The notes below the pieces were generated by a model. That model did not search any database. It saw only the letters and a list, made by a program, of their open reading frames with translations, and had not been told where the DNA came from. Made by a program: the position numbers and the translations under genes. Source: an uncultured virus (IMG/VR IMGVR_UViG_3300011438_000001) (taxonomy: Duplodnaviria > Heunggongvirae > Uroviricota > Caudoviricetes). Taken from it: a stretch of DNA of 64,000 nt. The stretch lies in the IMG/VR virus record IMGVR_UViG_3300011438_000001. One strand, given 5' to 3'. Below, one piece after another: positions 57,139-64,000 of this stretch (the first letter of the stretch is position 1; the number at the start of each line of letters is the position of its first letter).

Positions 57139-60100
57139 TCTTACGACTTCTGCTTGCATTGTCCATAGTGTTTGTCATTCAAGCGCAAACGGACTTGATC
57201 GCCCCCGTCACCGTGCATGCCCCAGCTGGTGATGCATCTTCCATCATCAACTCTCGTTATGAAATCAAGGATAAGGACGGCGGGGCTCTCAAATGGGTCA
57301 TGGAAGGAACATTAGGCGACCCAACGACCGGCACCACTCGTCTTTATTTTCAAGATTCCACCCCAGCCAAAATCTTACAGTTTGAACGTAAAGACACCGG
57401 CGTTTTAACGAACCGTGCCGTGCTCGACATGCACTGGATCCCGGCGATCACCGCCACCTACGACCTTGGCAAATTAACCGAAGTCTGGAACCACGCCTAC
57501 ATCGCCGAGACCCACACGACCAGCCTGCGCCCGATCATCGGATCGGATATTGAGGTTAGGGGGAATCTAATTTCTCCAGTCCTACTGAACCTTGGCAATG
57601 CAACCACCGGCCGGTGGGACACTCTTTACGTTACGAATATCGACTGCACGGGGATTTGCGGCAGCAGCTACTGGTCTAGGGATGCTTCTGGATTTATTTT
57701 CCCAACGACAACCGATGACGACGTGCGGGTCCAGAAATTGCAGCTGACCGACGACACGCTGCTCCCGTCGGTGTTCTTCATGGACATCCGCGCAGAAATA
57801 ACCACGATCTCCCCTGGCGTGCGGTTCATGGAATTTAGGGACAACGCCGGCGGGATAATGCTCAGGCTCCAGCGCCAGAACGCCAGTGCCGTTGCCAACT
57901 ACGCCATCTTCGACATGGACCTTCGTCCCCGCGTGGACGACAGTTACGACATTGGATCGGCAATCGGCGCCGTTACGACGCAACGCTGGCGGAATGCGCA
58001 TCTCTCGGGCGATCTCTTCGCGGATGAACTAGGCTCAAGCGCAGATAGGATCTCCAAACTCTGGGTGACCGACATCGATTGCTCCGGTGTCTGCCCCACG
58101 GGTTATTGGGGCCGCGATTCCGGCGCCGGTTTTATCTATCCATTAACCACTACCGACGATGTGCGGATGGAGAAGTTGGTCCTCATGGACGACAATCTCC
58201 TGCCATCAACTTTGCTCTTTGATATTCGAGCTTCTATCTCTGTCATCTCCCCGGGCGAGCGTTACTTAGCCTTTAGAGACAACGCTGGAGCTGAGATGTT
58301 GCGGTTGCAACGACAGATGGCAGGGGCGGTCGCCAACTACGCTTTGTTTGATATGGACCTTCGTCCCCTTGTCGATGATTCCTACGATATTGGATCGGCA
58401 ATTGGTGCTGCAACAACCCAGCGCTGGCGCAACGCACATTTTTCTGGCGACATCTTCGCCAATGAACTAGGCTCAAGTGCCGACCGCATTTCAAAACTGT
58501 GGGTCACCGACATCGACTGCACAGGGGCGTGCGGCTTCTGGTCCCGCAATTCCGGCAGCGGCTATATCTACCCGACCACTACGACCGATGACGTTCGAAT
58601 GGAAAAGCTCGTCCTGATGGATGACAATGCTTTGCCATCTGTCCTGACCTTCGACATTCGCGCTTCAATCTCCACGATTTCTCCAGGCGTGCGTTATATG
58701 GCCTTCAGGGACAACGCTGGTGCGGAGATGCTTCGCCTCCAGCGGCAAGAGGCGGGGGCAACCGCCAACTACGCCATCTTCTCCATGGATCTCCGTCCCG
58801 ACACCGATGATGCTCAGGACATCAGCTCAGTAGTTGGAGCCGCCTCCCTCAAGCGGTGGCGCAACGCGCAGTTCTCTGGGGCCATATCAATCTCCGACGC
58901 TACCCCAACCGTGCGCACCTCCATCACAACCGCCTCGACAACCTGGAGTGATAACGGCGGCACTTTGCAAGCCTCGGTCAACACCACGAGTGGGGCAATC
59001 ACCGGAAAGGGCGGATTCTACGCCGGCCCCAGCGTGGTGCAAGTGGTTGATGCAAATGCGCGATGGGTCGGCGCTGATATCTTCTTCGCTGCTGACAATA
59101 CTTACAACATCGGCGATGGCGGCACCGGCTCGCGTCCAGCGAACATCGGCGCTGGTTCCACGATCAATCTCTACAATGGCGCCACCGCAACGGTTCGCAC
59201 GGCAATCACGACGGCATCAACGGTTTGGAATGATGCTTCTGGAGCTTTGAAGGCTTCAGTGAACACTGCTTCGGGCGCCCTATTTGGTGAAGGTGGAATC
59301 TACGTTGGATCTGGTGTGACCAACGTCATCAACTCATCTGCCCAATGGGTGGGGCATCTCTCATCTAATGTCACCAGCACCGCAGATCTTGGGGCTGGCG
59401 GCATCTACTGGCGAGATGCTTACTTTGCTGGGACCGTCTTCGCCGCTAACCTTGGAAACTCTGGCGCTCGCATCACCAAGCTCTGGGTTACGGATATTGA
59501 CTGCTCCGGGGTTTGTCCAGGTGGCGGGCTCCCCGTAGTTGACACCACCAGCATTGTCTCGGGATCGGCTGATGGGACTAAGCTCATGCGCTTTGAAGTA
59601 GATGGGGTCTCGGCATCGACCACTCGCGTGATGACCATTCCCAACACCGACCAGATCCTGGCCGGCCGGGATGTAGACAATTCATTCTCGGCTGCACAAT
59701 CCTTTGGCAGCACGATCGGCGTCACAGGCGCGGCAACCCTGAGCAGCACGCTTGGCGTCACAGGCGCCACCACCCTCAGCAGCACGTTGAGCGTAGGCGG
59801 CAATCTCACTTTCTCGGCTGACAACACCTACAACATCGGCACGACTTCCAGCGGGCGCCCCGCCAACATCGGCGCCGTCTCGACTATCGTCCTCTACCAC
59901 ACCACCAGCTCTTCAACTGCTCGTATCTACATGGACACGACCGGCCAGACCTGGAATAACAGTTCTGGAACTCCAAAGGCTTCCATCACCAACGCCACCG
60001 GGGCAATCGTCGGCGAAGGCGGTTATTCCACGGCTGCTGGAGTTTTTGTCGACTCCAACAGCCGATGGGCCACCAACCTTGACTTCTCAAGCGACAACGT

Positions 60101-60413
60101 CTACAACATTGGTGGCACTTCATCCAACCGCCCCGCCAACGTCAACGTCGTCTCGTCCATCAACCTCTACCACACGACCAGTTCATCAACCCTGCGCACT
60201 GCGATCACCACGGCATCAACCACCTGGAATAATTCATCCGGCACAATCATGGCTTCTGTGAACACATCGTCTGGCTCGATCTCGGGGTCTGGGTTCTTCG
60301 TTGGGAGCATAGGCAGCGGGTTTGCCACCGGCCTGACGGGCACCTTTACTTCCTCCACGGCTTCCTGCACGGTTACGTTCACCGGCGGGATCGCAGTTTC
60401 GAAAACATGCTGA
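57135..60413 (+). CDS. long tail fibre-like protein with signal peptide and three ~145-aa tandem repeats
   Basis: ATGA-coupled start MILRLLLALSIVFVIQA|Q; D.YDIGS...RWRNA and DNTYNIG..RPAN fibre motifs. Confidence 0.8.
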   Translation: MILRLLLALSIVFVIQAQTDLIAPVTVHAPAGDASSIINSRYEIKDKDGGALKWVMEGTLGDPTTGTTRLYFQDSTPAKILQFERKDTGVLTNRAVLDMHWIPAITATYDLGKLTEVWNHAYIAETHTTSLRPIIGSDIEVRGNLISPVLLNLGNATTGRWDTLYVTNIDCTGICGSSYWSRDASGFIFPTTTDDDVRVQKLQLTDDTLLPSVFFMDIRAEITTISPGVRFMEFRDNAGGIMLRLQRQNASAVANYAIFDMDLRPRVDDSYDIGSAIGAVTTQRWRNAHLSGDLFADELGSSADRISKLWVTDIDCSGVCPTGYWGRDSGAGFIYPLTTTDDVRMEKLVLMDDNLLPSTLLFDIRASISVISPGERYLAFRDNAGAEMLRLQRQMAGAVANYALFDMDLRPLVDDSYDIGSAIGAATTQRWRNAHFSGDIFANELGSSADRISKLWVTDIDCTGACGFWSRNSGSGYIYPTTTTDDVRMEKLVLMDDNALPSVLTFDIRASISTISPGVRYMAFRDNAGAEMLRLQRQEAGATANYAIFSMDLRPDTDDAQDISSVVGAASLKRWRNAQFSGAISISDATPTVRTSITTASTTWSDNGGTLQASVNTTSGAITGKGGFYAGPSVVQVVDANARWVGADIFFAADNTYNIGDGGTGSRPANIGAGSTINLYNGATATVRTAITTASTVWNDASGALKASVNTASGALFGEGGIYVGSGVTNVINSSAQWVGHLSSNVTSTADLGAGGIYWRDAYFAGTVFAANLGNSGARITKLWVTDIDCSGVCPGGGLPVVDTTSIVSGSADGTKLMRFEVDGVSASTTRVMTIPNTDQILAGRDVDNSFSAAQSFGSTIGVTGAATLSSTLGVTGATTLSSTLSVGGNLTFSADNTYNIGTTSSGRPANIGAVSTIVLYHTTSSSTARIYMDTTGQTWNNSSGTPKASITNATGAIVGEGGYSTAAGVFVDSNSRWATNLDFSSDNVYNIGGTSSNRPANVNVVSSINLYHTTSSSTLRTAITTASTTWNNSSGTIMASVNTSSGSISGSGFFVGSIGSGFATGLTGTFTSSTASCTVTFTGGIAVSKTC

Positions 60414-60438
60414 TTGGATTTCTTGTGCAAAATCAGCG

Positions 60439-60468
60439 CTTGCATGATCTGACAAGATCTGGTAAGCT
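60439..60468 (+). promoter_or_regulatory. promoter TTGCAT-17-TAAGCT with operator CTTGCATGATCTGACAAG (60439-60456)
   Basis: read directly. Confidence 0.65.
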
Positions 60469-60475
60469 CCATTCC

Positions 60476-60937
60476 ATGAGGAACCTAATCTCAACCGTGC
60501 TGCTCTCAGCAGCATTGCTCTCGCCTTTGCTCTCGCCCTTGTCCTTGCCCCAAGCCCAAGCCCAGGGGTTCATCACGTCATCCACATCCGGCATTTTCAA
60601 GCTGACCATCCAGCAATATGCTTTGCCCCAAAGCATCATGCAGTTCATCCCACCCCAGCATCTTCCAACACCTGCCGACAAACGCGAGGGAGTCATCGTC
60701 TATGTTTTTGCCGCGGATGAATCGACGCCGGCCGACATGGTTGAGATCACGGTCACTTATTGGCAGGCGGGCAAGCAGTGGACGAGGATCCAGCAAGGGA
60801 GCTTTAATAAAGGCGGATGCTGGCCGGCACCTTGCAGGTCTGGAGGATCGGTCTTCTTTATTGGAGCGGTCGATCTCAAAGACGTGAAGGTCGAGGTGAA
60901 GCCGGTGGTCTGGGAGAGCAGGGAGGTTGGGGAATGA
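60476..60937 (+). CDS. secreted hypothetical protein
   Basis: signal peptide ending AQAQ; probably leaderless. Confidence 0.6.
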   Translation: MRNLISTVLLSAALLSPLLSPLSLPQAQAQGFITSSTSGIFKLTIQQYALPQSIMQFIPPQHLPTPADKREGVIVYVFAADESTPADMVEITVTYWQAGKQWTRIQQGSFNKGGCWPAPCRSGGSVFFIGAVDLKDVKVEVKPVVWESREVGE

Positions 60938-61542
60938 TTGAAGTGAAGAACCCCCTGAGGTTTGAAATCCTCTTGGGCATGAGCATTGGCTTCTTCTCTG
61001 GCTTTGCTGGCGGCAACTTTATTGGCCGTTCACAAGGCTATGCTTCTGCCCTCAAGGAGGTCAAGCAAGAAGTCGACAAGCGGTTGGATGAGCTGGCCCC
61101 TGGATCAATCCCCATCCCCAAGAACTTCAAGGGGGAGGTCACCGTCGGCGGCAAAGCCAAGCCCAAATACAAATGGGATCTCAAATCCGTTCGATGCGAA
61201 GATGACGGGAAGGCAGTCAAGCAGGTCAACACTTTTGACCTGGGCTCCACTTCCCAGCCCTCCTGGACCTTGCACCGGGACAATAGCAATGCCCCAGCAA
61301 CATACTCCCTTGACTTGGACTTCAACACTTTTGACCCGGGTTCCGCGCCCCTGTCCGTCAACGAGAACAACTTCGTTGACATCAGGGGGCTCGAATCCGT
61401 GTTGGATAACGAACCCAGCGTCAAAAATATCCAGATCAACAAACCAAAGGGAAAAGAATGCAAACAACTCATGATTGCCTTTCGAGGCTTGATTATTCAC
61501 GGCGTGGCGAGTGGAGAAACCGGATGCATATTCTCGTTTTAG
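60934..61542 (+). CDS. membrane-anchored hypothetical protein
   Basis: N-terminal TM helix; ATGA overlap. Confidence 0.55.
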   Translation: MIEVKNPLRFEILLGMSIGFFSGFAGGNFIGRSQGYASALKEVKQEVDKRLDELAPGSIPIPKNFKGEVTVGGKAKPKYKWDLKSVRCEDDGKAVKQVNTFDLGSTSQPSWTLHRDNSNAPATYSLDLDFNTFDPGSAPLSVNENNFVDIRGLESVLDNEPSVKNIQINKPKGKECKQLMIAFRGLIIHGVASGETGCIFSF

Positions 61543-62018
61543 TTCTTAGCCTGCTTGTCATACTTGCCCCGATGGCATCCTTGCTTGTGCCAACGGCAAT
61601 GGCCGAGACTCCGACTCCTGCTCCTCCGCCAGCCACCAAGGTCGTCACGACGCCAGTCTCCACCTCCATCCCCCTCACTTCGGACCAACGTCTCGCCTAT
61701 CTCGAAAAAGCTCTGGCGGCATCCAACGCCAAGCTGGAGCTTTTCTCTTTAGAAATCCGCCTCTTCCGCCTGCGGGACCAATCGCAACAAGCAATTGAAC
61801 GCTCCAGGCAGGCTGAGCAATTAGTTCAAGAGAAGCAAGACGCCAGCTTCCGCGAAGCTTATAAACCTGCCGAAGCCACCTTCCGCCAATCTGACGCAGA
61901 GTTGCAAGCCGCCACCACTGCAGCCAAGACGGCCCTCAAAGTGCCAGACGGTTGGGTGGTGTCTGCGGATGGCAAGGAGTTTAAACCGCCACCCCCACCC
62001 GCACCGCCCAAGAATTGA
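61524..62018 (+). CDS. signal-peptide coiled-coil protein (fibre chaperone- or spanin-like)
   Basis: hydrophobic N-terminus ending AMA|E; long coiled coil; Pro-rich end. Confidence 0.55.
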   Translation: MHILVLVLSLLVILAPMASLLVPTAMAETPTPAPPPATKVVTTPVSTSIPLTSDQRLAYLEKALAASNAKLELFSLEIRLFRLRDQSQQAIERSRQAEQLVQEKQDASFREAYKPAEATFRQSDAELQAATTAAKTALKVPDGWVVSADGKEFKPPPPPAPPKN

Positions 62019-62057
62019 TTTCCTCCCGAAACGAAAGGATTTAGAATCTAAACCACA

Positions 62058-63161
62058 ATGCCTCGCCAAACCATTGTTCCACCGCTCCCCTCTAGTGGAA
62101 TCGCCAACCCCAAAGATCTCTACAACGGCGATCACGAGACCCACCAAACTTCCCCACTCGCCTGGGCGAATCCGGAATTCCACGACCGCCATGCGTGGGC
62201 TTATGAAACCCTCGCCGGCGGGCAATCGACTCTCGGCCCCAACGCGCTCGTCGTCAAGGCCACGACGATCGGCTGGAATTCGGAAGAATCCGCTTCTCCC
62301 GGCGCCGCTCCTCACCGCGGCGACACCTTTGCCAAGGTCGAGATCGAAGGGACCAACGACACCGTTGGAGTCGACGGCAACCCGCCCCGCGAGATCCGTG
62401 CCTACAGCTTCGACATCATGGTCAACCCTGACTACGTCGTCAACGATCTCTATTTTGAAAAGACCGGCAAGAAGGTTCAGTCTCCAAAATACCCTGGCTA
62501 CGACGCCCGCAATCCTGCTGGCGGTCTTTCCCCGATCGGCCTCCCCTATCCCAACCATCCATGGGCGACGATCGACGGCGTTCCGTCCGACCGCTATTTC
62601 TGGCATGCCAAGACTGAGCCACTAGGTGGACCCGGTGGGCCGACCTATGAAGTCGGCGCAATCTTCGAAGCCCCTGAAGGGAACTATCAAAAGATCCGGC
62701 TGATCAAGACTCCCGGCTATGTCGAGGTCGGCGTCGGCTGGATCCCCGCGACGATGGAGGATTCCTGGGAACTGGTCTGGGTCCGGTCTGCCGGTCAATC
62801 GACGCCGTCCATGGTCACCAATCCCACGCAGGTCTTTGTCTCTGCCCCAACTCCGGTCCCGGGCGTGGACGTGACAAAGGCGAACCCGCCGGCTCCGCAC
62901 GTCAGCGAGTATGACCAGATTCGATTGCTGAGGGAGAAGCTGGAAGCCATGATGGCGGAGTTGGCCAAGCGCGAGGAGGAGCTTGCCAAAAAGACGCCAT
63001 CGCCGTTGCTGGACCCCAACACGGGAAAGCCCTTGGGTGCAGCTCCACTCCCTTTGGCGCCGGCGTCATCGACGTCACCAGCGCCGGTGTCACCAGCATC
63101 ATCACTCCCTTTAGCCCCAGCCCTGCCATCGCCGACGATCAAAGAAGTTCGCAAGAAATAG
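62058..63161 (+). CDS. hypothetical protein
   Basis: 367 aa; AAAGGA RBS. Confidence 0.6.
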   Translation: MPRQTIVPPLPSSGIANPKDLYNGDHETHQTSPLAWANPEFHDRHAWAYETLAGGQSTLGPNALVVKATTIGWNSEESASPGAAPHRGDTFAKVEIEGTNDTVGVDGNPPREIRAYSFDIMVNPDYVVNDLYFEKTGKKVQSPKYPGYDARNPAGGLSPIGLPYPNHPWATIDGVPSDRYFWHAKTEPLGGPGGPTYEVGAIFEAPEGNYQKIRLIKTPGYVEVGVGWIPATMEDSWELVWVRSAGQSTPSMVTNPTQVFVSAPTPVPGVDVTKANPPAPHVSEYDQIRLLREKLEAMMAELAKREEELAKKTPSPLLDPNTGKPLGAAPLPLAPASSTSPAPVSPASSLPLAPALPSPTIKEVRKK

Positions 63162-63163
63162 CC

Positions 63164-63598
63164 TTGGCTGCTGCGATAACCACTGCATATGAAAGGCTGG
63201 CGCGGGTATTGGGTGCTCGCGCCAGCCAACTTGCTGCCTCATCGAAAGGATCCACATCAATGCCTGAAGCCCCCCTCGGCGGTATCCCGGGCTCGCAGAT
63301 CACCGCTGCTCCCCTAACCTCCTTCCTCCAACGTTTGGGCCTGGATCTTAACGTCTCGGGAACGGCGCCGTTTGAAGTCGTCATCGGCAAAATCGTCGAC
63401 TATTTCTCCAAGAAGCGCGAGACGATGAGCATTTCAACACGGGACCGTTGGGACAATTTGGAGCTGACGATCGTCGAGAATTGGCATGATGGGATCGTGG
63501 ATTTGGTGAACAAGGGCGGGGCGAATTTTCGCAAAGTGAAAGAAGATCGACTCATCAAAGATCAAGTAGAGAAACGAGATGTTGCGAAATCGAGTTGA
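63164..63598 (+). CDS. hypothetical protein
   Basis: ORF in operon context; start uncertain. Confidence 0.5.
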   Translation: MAAAITTAYERLARVLGARASQLAASSKGSTSMPEAPLGGIPGSQITAAPLTSFLQRLGLDLNVSGTAPFEVVIGKIVDYFSKKRETMSISTRDRWDNLELTIVENWHDGIVDLVNKGGANFRKVKEDRLIKDQVEKRDVAKSS

Positions 63599-63647
63599 TG
63601 CGTGACATAATCTATCGCAGAATCTACCAGGCGAGGTTTTCTGCTTA

Positions 63648-64000
63648 ATGAGAGACTTCATTGCTGACTTCACGCTCCTTATCCAGGCGACTGCCGCCAG
63701 TGGCCAGGGGCTTATCATGGCCCTTTCCAACTGGCTGCACTGGACGGCCGAAGCTCAAGCCGTTGCCCATGTGGGGTTGGGCATCATGTCGATGTGGCAG
63801 GCGATGATCGCCAAGTCGCATATGCCCAAGGAGCAGCAGGTGCAGGCTGCTGAGTTGAGTGAGCTGCTGGCCGCATATAGAAAGAATCAAGGCCTGTCGC
63901 CGGCGCCGACCGTCACAGTTACGGTGGACGAAACGCCACCAGCCTCGCCATCTACCTCACTATCAACTTCGCCAACTTCCCCAACTTCCCCAACTTCACC
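63648..64000 (+). CDS. partial membrane protein (holin-like?), truncated by the window end
   Basis: MRDFIADFTLLIQATAASGQGLIMALSNWLHW...VAHVGLGIMSMWQAM; GAGG RBS; open to the end. Confidence 0.4.
   Translation, partial: MRDFIADFTLLIQATAASGQGLIMALSNWLHWTAEAQAVAHVGLGIMSMWQAMIAKSHMPKEQQVQAAELSELLAAYRKNQGLSPAPTVTVTVDETPPASPSTSLSTSPTSPTSPTS

Noticed and set aside
1..64000. Alternative genetic code, or prophage boundary/integrase
   Set aside because: Core genes are intact under the standard code; no integrase, att-like junction or host housekeeping genes are seen

Overview
The window is part of a tailed dsDNA phage genome (Caudoviricetes, probably podovirus-like). I see no integrase, tRNA, rRNA or CRISPR array. 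Left arm (about 1-26.7 kb, mostly minus strand): early and replication genes, including a family A DNA polymerase fused to a family-4 UDG-like domain, Pif1-like and UvrD-like helicases, a Sak4/AAA_24-like ATPase with a putative SSB and a PD-(D/E)XK nuclease, a PadR-like regulator, a GP88-like protein and many small ORFs. Centre (26.8-30 kb): a non-coding motif-dense island, a C12 run, a symmetric iteron and inverted-repeat region that is probably the origin, and a D5-like helicase. Right arm (30-64 kb, plus strand): six consecutive signal-peptide-bearing, Cys-rich fibre/lectin/lyase-like genes, then terminase, portal, an Acb2/Tad1-like protein, scaffold, major capsid, adaptor, nozzle and a long repeat tail fibre that also has a signal peptide. 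The most striking feature is that the apparent receptor-binding apparatus seems to be Sec-exported, which suggests periplasmic oxidative folding and late assembly. Also notable are two phage-borne PEP-CTERM proteins, a dispersed 18-bp palindrome (CTTGTCAGATCTGACAAG) built into sigma70-like promoters, and a PolA with an apparently altered steric gate. An Acidobacteriota-like host is an inference. All calls come from motif recognition by eye; no searches were run.
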